The notes beneath the pieces were generated by a model. That model worked only from the letters and a program-made list of their open reading frames with translations. It was not told the DNA's origin and searched no databases. DNA of 64,000 bases from IMG/VR virus record IMGVR_UViG_3300045988_009603; one strand, written 5' to 3'. The DNA comes from a virus. Lineage: Duplodnaviria; Heunggongvirae; Uroviricota; Caudoviricetes. Within the stretch, counting starts at the first letter, position 1, and each line of letters starts with the position of its first letter. A program made the translations under genes and the position numbers. Positions 44,647-55,289 of the stretch are shown piece by piece.

Positions 44647-44881
44647 TATTCACCTCTGCCATGAAATTCTGTAGCGTTCCAACAGGTTTTAGGTTTTGAC
44701 CGTCAGTTTTCATGATGAATGGCATCTGACGAACTGGCATCTGTGCAATATCCATCAGGTCTGACAGCTCATAATCCTGCCCTAACATTCTCACAACATG
44801 GTCAATACCACGAGCTTTCGCAAAATTCTTTGCAGTCTCACACTGAGGGCATCCAGTTTTGGAGTAAATTACATAAGTCAT
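44639..44881 (-). CDS. glutaredoxin/NrdH-like redoxin
   Basis: 80 aa; CPQC active site after beta1. Confidence 0.7.
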   Translation of the reverse strand: MTYVIYSKTGCPQCETAKNFAKARGIDHVVRMLGQDYELSDLMDIAQMPVRQMPFIMKTDGQNLKPVGTLQNFMAEVNNA

Positions 44882-45954
44882 TAAGGAACCTCTAAAAATC
44901 CACTATTCAAATCATCTACAACAGTATTCAATAGATACGCACCGTTCTGTTGCTCCTGATTAGCATTCTGCTCTTTATCAATTTCCATCTTCTTAATCAT
45001 ATACTTCAAAGGTGGTTCTTTAGGAGCTACAAAATCTCTAGGAATGCCAAACATATCATACAGTGGGGCAGCATTATAGTAAACCCACTCATGAAGAAGC
45101 TTTGTATTTAACCCAACTACAGCACGTCCTTCGGAGAAGATATAATACGACCATTTCTCTTCACTTTCAACTACTTCATCTAAGATTACTTTAATCTCTG
45201 GAAGAATTTGTTGGAAAGCTTTTTGCCACTCATCATCTCTTAAAGTTTCTTTTAAAACTTCAATATCAATTTTAGTGTGAAGGATTTCGTCAAGCATAAT
45301 TTTCTGGACAGCTTGAGCAATACCTTGAAATTTATCTTGAGCATCAAGTGCAAAAGTACATGCAAAGGATGCCATAAAAGAAATGCCTTCAAGTGCAGTC
45401 ACTGCAAATAGACCTTTTAGAATCACTTTATGGAAGTGCAAAGGGTCTTTGTCCAGAAGTGAGTCACGGACATAGCTTAGCCGATAGTTTATACCTTCAT
45501 CTAGTAATTCTTCAAGAACACGATTCACAGTTTTTAATCGGTCTTGTACAGCAATATTCTGGTTAATCTCATCTAAGATTGTTTCAGGATTTTTAATACA
45601 TTGTCTTACAATCTCCGAGTAAGTAAGAGCATGTAGGTTTTCAATCTCAGACTGCTTCATAATTGAAGTTGCATAAATGTCATCAGAGATAAATGGTGCA
45701 AAGGCAAATGCTAAGCTCTTAGCAACTTGGGTGTCTGCTTCCCACTGCCACTTAAGAATCTCAAGCATTACACCTGACATTGATGCTGGCACACTCTCAA
45801 AATCAAGACGTGATTGCTCAAAAGGGAACTCATCTTCTGACCAATCTTGTGCTTTTTGTTGTTTATAGAGTTCAAAGATTTTTGGGTAGTGCTTATTAAG
45901 TGAGTCAAATGTTTTTCTCTCACCACCTAAAAAGATTGGGTGTTGGTTAATCAT
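44881..45954 (-). CDS. nrdB: ribonucleotide reductase class Ia beta subunit
   Basis: ferritin-like diiron fold motifs; ORF track 44881..46014, start trimmed to MINQHPIF. Confidence 0.85.
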   Translation of the reverse strand: MINQHPIFLGGERKTFDSLNKHYPKIFELYKQQKAQDWSEDEFPFEQSRLDFESVPASMSGVMLEILKWQWEADTQVAKSLAFAFAPFISDDIYATSIMKQSEIENLHALTYSEIVRQCIKNPETILDEINQNIAVQDRLKTVNRVLEELLDEGINYRLSYVRDSLLDKDPLHFHKVILKGLFAVTALEGISFMASFACTFALDAQDKFQGIAQAVQKIMLDEILHTKIDIEVLKETLRDDEWQKAFQQILPEIKVILDEVVESEEKWSYYIFSEGRAVVGLNTKLLHEWVYYNAAPLYDMFGIPRDFVAPKEPPLKYMIKKMEIDKEQNANQEQQNGAYLLNTVVDDLNSGFLEVP

Positions 45955-46208
45955 AGTGTGATTTCTCCTTTCTTTATCATCTCTAAGGCTTGTTTTCTGT
46001 CTAAAACTTCCCAATTTTCTTTGTTAAACATGTCATAAGGTCTTGCATAGATTTTACCATCTGCTGTAGAGATGTAAGAGACACCAGCGACCCATGAGTC
46101 ATCATTTTGTTTTATCATCATATCTGTGCTACTCACATAGTACAGCGTTTTCCGAGGTTTGTGGAGCAAATATATGGGCCACTCGTGATTTGCTATTAAA
46201 TCTTTCAT
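45951..46208 (-). CDS. hypothetical small protein between nrdA and nrdB
   Basis: ORF 45951..46292 trimmed to MKDLIANHEW; ATGA overlap with nrdB start. Confidence 0.35.
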   Translation of the reverse strand: MKDLIANHEWPIYLLHKPRKTLYYVSSTDMMIKQNDDSWVAGVSYISTADGKIYARPYDMFNKENWEVLDRKQALEMIKKGEITL

Positions 46209-46263
46209 AGTTTCTCCAAAGTTAATTTTAGAGGGTCTTTTACGACCCTCATAGTTATTAAAA

Positions 46264-48498
46264 CTAAACACCACAACCCTCGCAATAAGCATCTTGCAGT
46301 GCAGATTTACCTACACCAATGCGACTGTTAAGGTAGTACATGGTTTTCATACCTACTGAGTTGGCATAAATCATGTACTTCAAAGCCTGAGCCAATGATA
46401 CCTTCTTAGACTTTGCGTAGTCAACATAGAAGTCTGAAGAGATAGCTTGACCAGTGAACTTTTGAACAATTGCATAACAATCAATCAGGTCAAAGGTGTC
46501 AATACCCCAAGCAATTTCATAGACATACTTCAACTCTTCATAATCTGGAACAATAAACAGTACGTTACCAGTTGCAGACTTTTTAGTTAAAATAAAGTCA
46601 CGAATTGGATACAAGCCATTTGTCGTATTAGTTGCCAGTGAAGAACTCTCATTAGGCATGTAAGCCTCTAATACAGAGTTACGGATTCCACCGTTTTCTT
46701 TAATACGTTGTGCTAAGTCATCCCAATCATAACGAAGTTTTGCATCATGCTTCTCATCAATCTTCTTGTTAGCTGTCTTCGGAGGAACCCAACCTTCAGG
46801 GTATTTAGTGAACTGCATATACTCAGGCACACCACGTTCTTTAGCAAGTCTTAAAGAAGCTTCGTGTAAGTAGTAAGAGTGCATTTCAGCAAGCTCATGA
46901 AGCTTTGTCTTACCCGCTCTTGAAGAATAGTTCACGTAGTTTTTCGCAAGGTAATGAGCCACATTTGTAAGGCCAATCCCAACAGAACGACGCTTCTGAA
47001 CATGGTTACGCATCGACGGATACGGATAATCCATAAGGTCAATAACGGAGTCAACCATTGCAAGAGCATAATAAGCAACGTCAGCGTATTCATCTTCTGA
47101 AATTCTCCCTGCAACCAAACTAGCTAGGAAGCAAAGAGCTACCTCACCATCCTCTTTCACAGCGTCATCTCTGTAAAGGTCTGTCTCTTTCTCAAAGCCG
47201 TACACTGGCAACACAATTTCCATACAAAGGTTTGACATCTTCAAAGGCTCTTTAAATGGTGTATGTGTGTTTGCATTATTTGTGAAGAATGGATACACAC
47301 GGCCTGTTGCATAACGCTGCTGGATAAACAGTTTAGCAATTTCACGAGCCTTCACACGTCTGTGTTTGACACCTGAATGTACTGCATGACCAACTGCCAT
47401 AGCAAACTCATCAGCAGATGCTGTGTAGAACATGTCATAGAGCTTTGGTGCATCCTTGTAAGAGAATAACAACCAGTCTGTATCATATTGAACACACTGC
47501 CAGAAGTAATCATTTGTACCAAATGAGTAGTCCATCTCGTTAATACGTTTCGAAGGAACCGTTGTAGGGTGCTTCAAACGCAGTAAATCTTCAATCTGTG
47601 GGTCTAGAGCAGTGTAGAAGTTGTTAGCTGAACCACCACGACTCTTCTGTTTGTTTGCCTCTACAGATGAGCGTACAAGCTTGTAATAAGGCAGTTTACC
47701 CATGTGCTCAATAGTATTTTGACGGATACCATCACCAATAGTACGAGTCTCCATCAGCATCCCAATGCCAGCTTGCTTTGTAGTCATATCATAAGCAACC
47801 TTTGCAGCAATACCGAGAGATTCAGCGGTATCATTCGCCTTAATCAAACAGCACGACGCATAACCTGATTTAGTAGCTCTTAAACCATTCAGATAAGGCG
47901 TAGGAGCGTTAATCTTCAGGTCAGATAGGTAAGTGTACAGCTTAATCACATCTTGCAGCCTACGGTGCTTTGGTTGCTTCTCAAAGGCTTTCATAGCCAT
48001 ACCCATAAACATAAATTGTGGTGACTCAAAAAGTCTTCCTGTTTTAATATCACGGATACCATACTTGTCTCTGAACTGTTTCAGGACTGCATAACCGTAA
48101 GAGATATCCTTTGAGTGCACAATGTACCCTTGCAGATATTCAAGCTCTTCCTGAGAATAGTCCATCTTCTCCCAAAGTCCTGCTCTCTCCATATTTTTAA
48201 CGAAGGTAACCAGCGTAGGAACCTTAGTAAAGCCTCCAAAGGCTTCTTTGTAGATAATTCCCAGAAGTAGCCGTCCAGCCATGTCTGAGTACTCTTGAGT
48301 TTGTTTATCAACACAAACATCAATCATGGCTTGGTGCATCTCTTTTGTAGTGCAACCTTCATAGACACGTTTCATAGCTTCCATAGTGACTTCTGACCAG
48401 ATAATCCCACGCTTATCTGCCCATGATGCCCACTTATTCAATCTTTCTGGGTCAAAGCTTACTACTGTACCATTTGATTTTTTAATTGTCTTAATCAT
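46264..48498 (-). CDS. nrdA: ribonucleotide reductase class Ia alpha subunit
   Basis: 744 aa; NLCMEI active-site region; C-terminal CEGCGV. Confidence 0.9.
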   Translation of the reverse strand: MIKTIKKSNGTVVSFDPERLNKWASWADKRGIIWSEVTMEAMKRVYEGCTTKEMHQAMIDVCVDKQTQEYSDMAGRLLLGIIYKEAFGGFTKVPTLVTFVKNMERAGLWEKMDYSQEELEYLQGYIVHSKDISYGYAVLKQFRDKYGIRDIKTGRLFESPQFMFMGMAMKAFEKQPKHRRLQDVIKLYTYLSDLKINAPTPYLNGLRATKSGYASCCLIKANDTAESLGIAAKVAYDMTTKQAGIGMLMETRTIGDGIRQNTIEHMGKLPYYKLVRSSVEANKQKSRGGSANNFYTALDPQIEDLLRLKHPTTVPSKRINEMDYSFGTNDYFWQCVQYDTDWLLFSYKDAPKLYDMFYTASADEFAMAVGHAVHSGVKHRRVKAREIAKLFIQQRYATGRVYPFFTNNANTHTPFKEPLKMSNLCMEIVLPVYGFEKETDLYRDDAVKEDGEVALCFLASLVAGRISEDEYADVAYYALAMVDSVIDLMDYPYPSMRNHVQKRRSVGIGLTNVAHYLAKNYVNYSSRAGKTKLHELAEMHSYYLHEASLRLAKERGVPEYMQFTKYPEGWVPPKTANKKIDEKHDAKLRYDWDDLAQRIKENGGIRNSVLEAYMPNESSSLATNTTNGLYPIRDFILTKKSATGNVLFIVPDYEELKYVYEIAWGIDTFDLIDCYAIVQKFTGQAISSDFYVDYAKSKKVSLAQALKYMIYANSVGMKTMYYLNSRIGVGKSALQDAYCEGCGV

Positions 48499-48516
48499 TT
48501 TTGAATCCTACAGATG

Positions 48517-48538
48517 AAAAGAGCCTCCGAAGAGGCTC
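48517..48538 (-). terminator. terminator-like hairpin
   Basis: minus-strand GAGCCUC-UUCG-GAGGCUC followed by U4. Confidence 0.5.
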
Positions 48539-48544
48539 CCTAGT

Positions 48545-48883
48545 TTAAATCTTGAAAATTTGCTCATTCTGCCACATATCGTAAAACTTATCACTTACTT
48601 TTGTGACTGAAGAAGTGTGCATACAATTCAGGGAGAACCATGATGATGTATTATCATCCATAATTGTTTCAAGTTTTTGTGTAACGTTCACATCCATGTC
48701 TGCAACAACGTAATTACCTCGCATCTTGCAAACAATTCTTCCAAACAAGATTGCACTTCTGCCTCTTCGGTCATCACAGTACATAACTGTGTCTCCGTGC
48801 TTAACGTCTTGTCCGATACTGTCAACACCTAACTTAGCACCTGAGATAATGTCATCATAAGATAACTTTTTTGCTTTAGACAC
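48545..48883 (-). CDS. hypothetical protein
   Basis: 112 aa ORF. Confidence 0.45.
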   Translation of the reverse strand: MSKAKKLSYDDIISGAKLGVDSIGQDVKHGDTVMYCDDRRGRSAILFGRIVCKMRGNYVVADMDVNVTQKLETIMDDNTSSWFSLNCMHTSSVTKVSDKFYDMWQNEQIFKI

Positions 48884-49208
48884 GGTATTTCTCCAAGTTT
48901 CTTTTTAGATATAACCAACCATAGTCAGTTCTTTCTACACCCATGAAGAGTGGAGCCATTACAACTTTACCAAAAGTATTTCTGTGTAGGCAGATTTCAA
49001 AGGAATACTCTTTCTCAATATCAATCCCATATTTGTACAGGACTGCTTTTAAAACTTGTTCATTATCCAGAAGTGTATCTGGAGTCTCACCATACTTCTC
49101 AAGTAACGGGTCATTCATAAACACCGTCATCGAAATATTGTAGTTTGAGAAGTGGCTCTTCTGAGCCACAACCTCTTTATTAATGTTCTGTGAATCCATT
49201 ATAACCAA
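48876..49208 (-). CDS. hypothetical protein
   Basis: 110 aa ORF. Confidence 0.45.
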   Translation of the reverse strand: MVIMDSQNINKEVVAQKSHFSNYNISMTVFMNDPLLEKYGETPDTLLDNEQVLKAVLYKYGIDIEKEYSFEICLHRNTFGKVVMAPLFMGVERTDYGWLYLKRNLEKYRV

Positions 49209-49935
49209 CCCCTTTTAACCAGCACTTCAGGTTATTAGCATCATAATTCAGTTTCGGGTATGAGGTTACATGGAACTGCTCACCATCATAGTAGACAATA
49301 TCTGCAATCCATAGTCCATTCTCTTTACAGAAATCTTTATCTGCTTTAGAGGTAATTGGATTAACTTCTACAAAACCATCTACACCCAAATCCTTTAAGC
49401 TACCTACAATACCTTTGCAGATAACGCATGTCTCAGATACTACCACAAAAAGTTCTTGGCTTTCAAGCTCTACAATGTATTCACCAAGCTGTACTTTAGG
49501 GAGATTTGATTGCTTCATAATCTTCCCATCGGCTGCACGGACAATCGCATACCACTCTTTACCATCAACCACTGACATTCTGATGATACACTCTTGACCA
49601 GTACGCTTCTCAATATCTGCAAGACGTTTTAAAGCTTCTTCATAGTCATCTGTGTACTTCAGGTCATTATTATGACAAACAGCTTTCATCGCACCGTTAT
49701 GGTCATGTTGTGACAGGTAAATCAAACCGTCAAGAACATATTGCAAATCTGCCTGAGCATCCAATGTCTCAATTGGGTCTTTCTCTTCAATTGCTTTCAC
49801 AAGCTCTTTTGCTTCTTCAAGCATACATAAAGATTGAGACTTTAAAGATTCCCAATACTCATCACTGTAAGGTTGCTTTTGAGTGTTCCCACAACGAAGG
49901 TTCCAGTTTTTTACTGATTCTCTTGAGTTAAACAT
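49180..49935 (-). CDS. hypothetical protein
   Basis: 251 aa ORF. Confidence 0.5.
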   Translation of the reverse strand: MFNSRESVKNWNLRCGNTQKQPYSDEYWESLKSQSLCMLEEAKELVKAIEEKDPIETLDAQADLQYVLDGLIYLSQHDHNGAMKAVCHNNDLKYTDDYEEALKRLADIEKRTGQECIIRMSVVDGKEWYAIVRAADGKIMKQSNLPKVQLGEYIVELESQELFVVVSETCVICKGIVGSLKDLGVDGFVEVNPITSKADKDFCKENGLWIADIVYYDGEQFHVTSYPKLNYDANNLKCWLKGVGYNGFTEH

Positions 49936-50174
49936 TCGGACTCCTTAAAATATTTGTTAACCTTTATCTCTCGTGTTTCAATATATTCCAGATGCTCACG
50001 TAGCTCTTGACGTTTAAGCATTAGGTGCTGCATTTGAGATTCAACAGCTTCAACCTCTTTAATTATTGACTCTCTGGCATTTGCAAGAATGCGCTCAAGT
50101 TCTTCAATCTTACTGTCAACTTTTGCTACATGACTCACAGCTTTACTTTTGTTAAACATTTTATTCTCTCTCAA
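49911..50174 (-). CDS. hypothetical coiled-coil protein
   Basis: 87 aa. Confidence 0.4.
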   Translation of the reverse strand: MRENKMFNKSKAVSHVAKVDSKIEELERILANARESIIKEVEAVESQMQHLMLKRQELREHLEYIETREIKVNKYFKESECLTQENQ

Positions 50175-50180
50175 TAGTTA

Positions 50181-50678
50181 TCAAGCACAGTTTGCTTTCA
50201 TTACCTTATGGATTCTTTTTTCAGCATCTTCATAAGTTTCTTTAGTAATAAACTTAATTGCTGCAATATTGGCATTGTAGAAGAGTCTGAGCTTAGAGTC
50301 AATCCTTTTTGTCATTACATCGAATTTATGTTGGAGGTTTGCTTCACCATAAACTAGGCCACCTTTCGTGTAGTAGGTTTGGATAATGTAAAAGTCAAAA
50401 AATTCCTTTCCAAAGCTCTCGATATCTTTTTTAATATACTCAGAAGAAGTCTCATAAGTCATCCAATCACTCTCCTTAGTGACTACCTTCTTCCGAGTCT
50501 TGCCAGCAACTTTTCTTTTGGTCACACTATTAAGCTGTTTCTTTCCTATGTAATATTGTCCGGTTTTCTTACAGTGTACTAAATAGACAAAACCAAAATG
50601 TTTAGTGGGGTCAACTTCCCCACATAAAGATACCCAATGACCATAGGTGGGACAATTGCCAAATCCTTTAATCTTCAT
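50181..50678 (-). CDS. GIY-YIG-like endonuclease
   Basis: FGFVYLVHCKKTGQYYIGKK resembles GIY...YIG motif. Confidence 0.45.
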   Translation of the reverse strand: MKIKGFGNCPTYGHWVSLCGEVDPTKHFGFVYLVHCKKTGQYYIGKKQLNSVTKRKVAGKTRKKVVTKESDWMTYETSSEYIKKDIESFGKEFFDFYIIQTYYTKGGLVYGEANLQHKFDVMTKRIDSKLRLFYNANIAAIKFITKETYEDAEKRIHKVMKANCA

Positions 50679-51708
50679 TCATACACGGCTCCCAATTATA
50701 TTTCTTAAAAGAGAAATTATCTTTTGGATTTCTCTCTTGATATGCTACCCAGAAATGCTGCTCCATTAACTCTAACGGTGTCTTTGTAACAGTTTGTCCA
50801 TCCCATGACACATAGGTATAAGACTCTTTTTTAGCATAGAGTTCATAGATAGCGTCAAGACACTCTTTATAGGTCTCTTTACCATCTAAAGCATTCATCA
50901 CAGCTACTTTTCCAGCACCTTTAAGTCCGAAGTAGTTGTCTGCATTATCCCCAGCAACAGCCTGATAACACAAGAATTTAAAACCTACACCAACTGTTTT
51001 TGCAGCTTTTGGTTTTGATTTGATAGGGCAATCCCAGATATCACCAACATTATTGTCAGCAATAAAAATTAGTGGTGACTTTTCATAAGTCATGTCAATA
51101 CAATAAGTCCCTTCAGCTTGTCGAAGGTCTTTGTCAATACTCATAAGAGCAGCCTTTTTACCCATCTTCTCAGCTTTAGCAATTACGATTGAATCAGCTT
51201 CGAATCCACCCTTTAAGAGTTTGAACTCTGGTCTGGATAAAAGATATTCACGACAAGCGACTAAATGTGTTGGTGTGACAGCATCTTTACGGTTACCTTG
51301 ATATTGGTGCTCAAGACCTTTAATGTCTTTATGTTTATGTACACCCTTCTCTGTTAAATAACCTAACCAAGTTCTTTCTTTACCAACAACCTTAAGCCAT
51401 TCCTGAAGAACCTGCTGAGTAGCCATGATAGCTTCTTTTTCACTCTTAGCTTCTTTCCAAGTCTGTCTTTCCCATTCATCTTCATCAAATGTTAGGCCAA
51501 GCTCTTCTACAAGGATTCTCTGGTCTGCTAACCATCTTGCAGCATCTTTTGCATTATCAAATGGTTCAGATTCTTCTGCTGTGAGTTTATTGACGTATTT
51601 ATATTTTGCTTTCTCAACTACACAAGCACCTTTATAGGCAATACTGTCAGAGTCAATAAAGACATGTGTAACTGAATCGGGAAGTTTTGTTAGTGTATAC
51701 TTCTCCAT
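50668..51708 (-). CDS. 5'-3' exonuclease, T7 gene 6-like
   Basis: SIDKDL...IWDCPIKS...AVAGDNADNYFGLKGAGKV parallels T7 gp6 CDKDF...LWDCIKS...IKGDITDGYSGIAGWG. Confidence 0.6.
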   Translation of the reverse strand: MEKYTLTKLPDSVTHVFIDSDSIAYKGACVVEKAKYKYVNKLTAEESEPFDNAKDAARWLADQRILVEELGLTFDEDEWERQTWKEAKSEKEAIMATQQVLQEWLKVVGKERTWLGYLTEKGVHKHKDIKGLEHQYQGNRKDAVTPTHLVACREYLLSRPEFKLLKGGFEADSIVIAKAEKMGKKAALMSIDKDLRQAEGTYCIDMTYEKSPLIFIADNNVGDIWDCPIKSKPKAAKTVGVGFKFLCYQAVAGDNADNYFGLKGAGKVAVMNALDGKETYKECLDAIYELYAKKESYTYVSWDGQTVTKTPLELMEQHFWVAYQERNPKDNFSFKKYNWEPCMNED

Positions 51709-51770
51709 TATGACTCTCCATATGAAAAAGCCCCATACTAAGTACAGGGCTTCAAAGTAACTTTTAGAGA

Positions 51771-52628
51771 TTAGTCTTCTGTATCGAAGTCTTCATCTTC
51801 TTCGTCATCTGGGTCTGGCAAGTCTTCATCATCGCCATCATCAGAGTGATTCGAAGGTTTGTGGTCTGTTGCGTCTTCTTCAGTGATTTCACCGTTATCT
51901 TCAACACCATCAAGACCAAGCATAGCCAGTTCGTCTTCATCCAGCTCAGGTTCACCGTTAGCACCGTTACCACCAGTGTAAGGTACAAGAGTATCAATGA
52001 TAAACTGTTCCTGAATAGGTTTTGTCAGAACATTGTTCTCAAAAGTGTAGAAGTGAGTAGAAAGAATCACACTACCAAAAGAACCGTTACCAACTGCAAT
52101 ATCTGGATGAATCACATCATAGTTCTTGTCATCTTCATGTTTATCAGATGCTTGAGCTTTGATTTTCTTCATCGGCTGCTTAACAGCTACACGCTTACCA
52201 TTTACTTCTTCAATCAGCATTACAGGGAATGACTGTTTAGCTGTCCACACAGCACCATCTTTATAAGCTGCTGCACGACTTACTTTCAGGATGTAGTAAG
52301 TGTCTGCTTCAAATGGTGGTTTACAACCAAACTTCTCTTCGAAGTCATCTGCATCAACTGCTTCAGTAGTAACTTTATCCCAACCTTCTGGGTTTTTCTT
52401 AGACTTAGTAAACTCTTTAAACAGCTTGTTACCATCTTCTGCCAGAATTGAAACACTGTAGTTGCAGTCTTTGCCTGGGAATTTCTTATCAATGGATTTA
52501 CCTTTTCCCGGACGTGGTGAAGTGTTCAGGTAATAAAACCAAACATCTTTCAGCAGGTAACGCAGAGTTTGACGTTCAGTACCGTTGTACTTCTCTACCG
52601 GAGCTTTCATTTTAACAACTTTAGACAT
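51771..52628 (-). CDS. single-stranded DNA-binding protein-like (acidic C-terminal tail)
   Basis: 285 aa; C-terminus DEDLPDPDDEEDEDFDTED as in T7 gp2.5-type SSBs. Confidence 0.45.
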   Translation of the reverse strand: MSKVVKMKAPVEKYNGTERQTLRYLLKDVWFYYLNTSPRPGKGKSIDKKFPGKDCNYSVSILAEDGNKLFKEFTKSKKNPEGWDKVTTEAVDADDFEEKFGCKPPFEADTYYILKVSRAAAYKDGAVWTAKQSFPVMLIEEVNGKRVAVKQPMKKIKAQASDKHEDDKNYDVIHPDIAVGNGSFGSVILSTHFYTFENNVLTKPIQEQFIIDTLVPYTGGNGANGEPELDEDELAMLGLDGVEDNGEITEEDATDHKPSNHSDDGDDEDLPDPDDEEDEDFDTED

Positions 52629-52700
52629 TATTTAAACCTCTATCTCAATTTATGAAGAGTACCAATTCTAGTTTGTTGATACTCTATTGTCAAATATTAA

Positions 52701-52850
52701 TTACTGGAAGTTGTGCTTATCTTTAGAAGCTGCTTTACGTGCAGTTTTTCCAGTTCTTACACGCTTCTCTTCATAGTATTTTGCTGGTTTGCCAGCAGTG
52801 GCTTTTAAGGAATCCCCAAAAACTTTTTCAAATGCTTTAGAGTGTTTCAT
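52701..52850 (-). CDS. small basic protein (below ORF-track cutoff)
   Basis: manual translation MKHSKAFEKVFGDSLKATAGKPAKYYEEKRVRTGKTARKAASKDKHNFQ; GGAGAA SD. Confidence 0.3.
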   Translation of the reverse strand: MKHSKAFEKVFGDSLKATAGKPAKYYEEKRVRTGKTARKAASKDKHNFQ

Positions 52851-53102
52851 GATATTCTCCGATATACTTGATATTCAAACACATTTTCTTTTATTACAAA
52901 CAGCCAACCAATATTATGTTGAGGTATAGTAATAGTGACTGTGATAATGCTGTGATGGAACTTTTCTTCTACCTAAACGCCTCCATCACATTTCATGTAG
53001 AGCATTCTATAGAACCTATCAACCTTTGTCAAACACTCTTCCTGAAATTCATTTAAACTTTTTTCTTCAAAGAAGGGTATGAACCCCTCTCTTTTATAAC
53101 TT

Positions 53103-55094
53103 TCACTCAGTTTCGAACGGGCAGTCATCTGCATCCTCACTTAATACAGGTGGAATCGTTGAGCTTTGACGCTGCTCTTCAGTATAAACTTCACCAGTCT
53201 CACGGTCAAACACTTCATCCTCATAATGAGGTAAAGAGTCATCGTAATGGTCTTCAGCTTCACCAATACCAAACTGCTGGCGAATATTTTCTGCTGCACC
53301 GTCAATATCAACACCACATCCAGAAGCTTTGATAAGACGTCCTGTATCTGGATTGTACCAAGTATGACCAGCAATACCTGTTGACTTACCATGACGACGA
53401 CACTTAGTTAACTTGATTTTTGTCAAGTTTTTCTTAACAGGGTCTGGGTCAACCTTGTTACGCATTAACAGAATGTTGTTCATAGAAATCTGGAAATACG
53501 CACCAGAACCTTTAATATCCTCTTCAGAGATATCTCCACCTTCAGAGTTGGCTTTCTGACCACCTGCACTCTTACGAACGTGACATACGTTTACCTGTGC
53601 ATACTGGTAGCGTTTGCAACGACGCAATAGCTCAGACAAAACTTCCTCTTCATCCGTATCTGAACGTGACAGAGCCAACGTAATAGGGTCAAGAATAATA
53701 ATCTTGCAATCTAAGCTGTTAACAAGATAGTCAACAAACTCCAGCAAATTATCTTGGTCAATTGCCCCTTGATGGTCTACGATATGGATACGACGACCTT
53801 TAGATAGCTCTGCGTGTGCTCCCTTTAGTTCATCCCAATCCCGTTCATCATAAGGAATCTCAGAAATCTGCTTGCTCAGGTGGATTGCACAGAGCATTTC
53901 CATAAGTTCTTCGTAAGTATCTTCTACAGGAATTACACCGATATTATAATCAGTTTCTTTCCAAGCTGAATAAATCATCTCACGAGTGTAAGCTGACTTA
54001 CCTACTGAAGATGGTGCTGCAATAGTTGTAATCTCACCTAAACCATAACCACCATAAGTCAGCCTGTTCAAATCTCCGAAAGACTCTGGGAAAGGAATCA
54101 ATGGAATCTGACCACGATTCTTCATCGCCTCAAAACCATCTGCAAAGTTCTTGATACCAGCAGGGCAGTAACGAGGTGCGTTGTAGATACGCTGTTTAAA
54201 TCCTTCCAGAACTGTGTCTTTCTCTTTATAGAACTTTGTCCACCATTCATTAAGGTCTTTTACACCTTCTGGATACTGGAATAAACGAACCTTCTCAATA
54301 GGTAGGATGCCAGCGGCCTCTTTGGTAGCTTTAGCACCTGCTTCATCGTTATCAAAGCACAAGTAAATCTCATCAAATGATGTGATGTACTGATAGTTGT
54401 CTTTGATAGACTTAATGTTTGCACCTGATGGAACAGATACGTGACAGTAATTCTTACGACGAGACTTATCTTTAATTGCCAGAGAAGTCATGTAGATTGC
54501 TGTAGCACATTCCATCTCACCTTCCCAGATGAATAAACGGTTACCACCTTCTGGAGCAATCCATGAACCGAACATTGCCAGTTCACCTTTAATATCCCCA
54601 ACACCACCTGAAAAGTCTTTTAGCTTACCACGTAGGTGTTCTTTTGGATGGTCTTCTGGGTAACGGTGACGAACACGGTAACCAACATGTTCTAGTTTGC
54701 CATCTTCATTACGTTTGTAAGTTGGATAGAAATGTGCATCAATTTCACCATCACTATCAATGTCAACCTTGATACCTAAACGTTCAAGGACTTTTGCAGG
54801 GATTTTCCTGTCTTTCAAGTCCATTGCTTCTAGGTTTTCTTTTACATCATCTAAATCCATTCCACGGAAAGTACGGTTTTTATTATCTGAACCAGTAGAA
54901 TAAGTGCTCACGATTTGTCCTTTATCAAAATCCCACTCTGGGAAACCTTTGTTACAGCTAAAGCAAGTCATCGAATAAGAATCATCGTCATGATGGTAGA
55001 TTGAACCAGCATCTGATGAACCACAACGTGGACATGCACAATGACCAACAAACTGACCAGCCTCTTTCAATTTACGACCTTTAGACATTAGCAC
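53103..55094 (-). CDS. DNA primase/helicase (zinc-binding primase domain + DnaB-like helicase)
   Basis: Cys4 cluster CACPRCGS...CFSCNK; Walker A GLGEITTIAAPSSVGKS. Confidence 0.8.
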   Translation of the reverse strand: MLMSKGRKLKEAGQFVGHCACPRCGSSDAGSIYHHDDDSYSMTCFSCNKGFPEWDFDKGQIVSTYSTGSDNKNRTFRGMDLDDVKENLEAMDLKDRKIPAKVLERLGIKVDIDSDGEIDAHFYPTYKRNEDGKLEHVGYRVRHRYPEDHPKEHLRGKLKDFSGGVGDIKGELAMFGSWIAPEGGNRLFIWEGEMECATAIYMTSLAIKDKSRRKNYCHVSVPSGANIKSIKDNYQYITSFDEIYLCFDNDEAGAKATKEAAGILPIEKVRLFQYPEGVKDLNEWWTKFYKEKDTVLEGFKQRIYNAPRYCPAGIKNFADGFEAMKNRGQIPLIPFPESFGDLNRLTYGGYGLGEITTIAAPSSVGKSAYTREMIYSAWKETDYNIGVIPVEDTYEELMEMLCAIHLSKQISEIPYDERDWDELKGAHAELSKGRRIHIVDHQGAIDQDNLLEFVDYLVNSLDCKIIILDPITLALSRSDTDEEEVLSELLRRCKRYQYAQVNVCHVRKSAGGQKANSEGGDISEEDIKGSGAYFQISMNNILLMRNKVDPDPVKKNLTKIKLTKCRRHGKSTGIAGHTWYNPDTGRLIKASGCGVDIDGAAENIRQQFGIGEAEDHYDDSLPHYEDEVFDRETGEVYTEEQRQSSTIPPVLSEDADDCPFETE

Positions 55095-55281
55095 CTCTTC
55101 GTTGTAGTTCTGCCTTCAATCCGTTTTCAATCTTGTCCAGTTCATGAATTTCATCTGCAATCTCTTTCCTTCGTGATTCAACTCTCTTAAGACGTTCAAT
55201 CATTACCTCATTGGAAAGAGATGAGAGTTCCACTAAACGATGGTCAATAACTTTAAAATTATCTTTTACTCTCATCTTCAT
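55081..55281 (-). CDS. hypothetical small protein
   Basis: 66 aa. Confidence 0.4.
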   Translation of the reverse strand: MKMRVKDNFKVIDHRLVELSSLSNEVMIERLKRVESRRKEIADEIHELDKIENGLKAELQRRGANV

Positions 55282-55289
55282 TCTCTCTT

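Noticed and set aside
46932-48323. Antisense and alternative-frame ORFs inside nrdA (46932..47114, 48081..48323) and similar ones inside terL, the NadV-like gene, the rIIA-like gene and the polymerase
   Set aside because: Fully nested within long, well-supported genes; typical chance ORFs.
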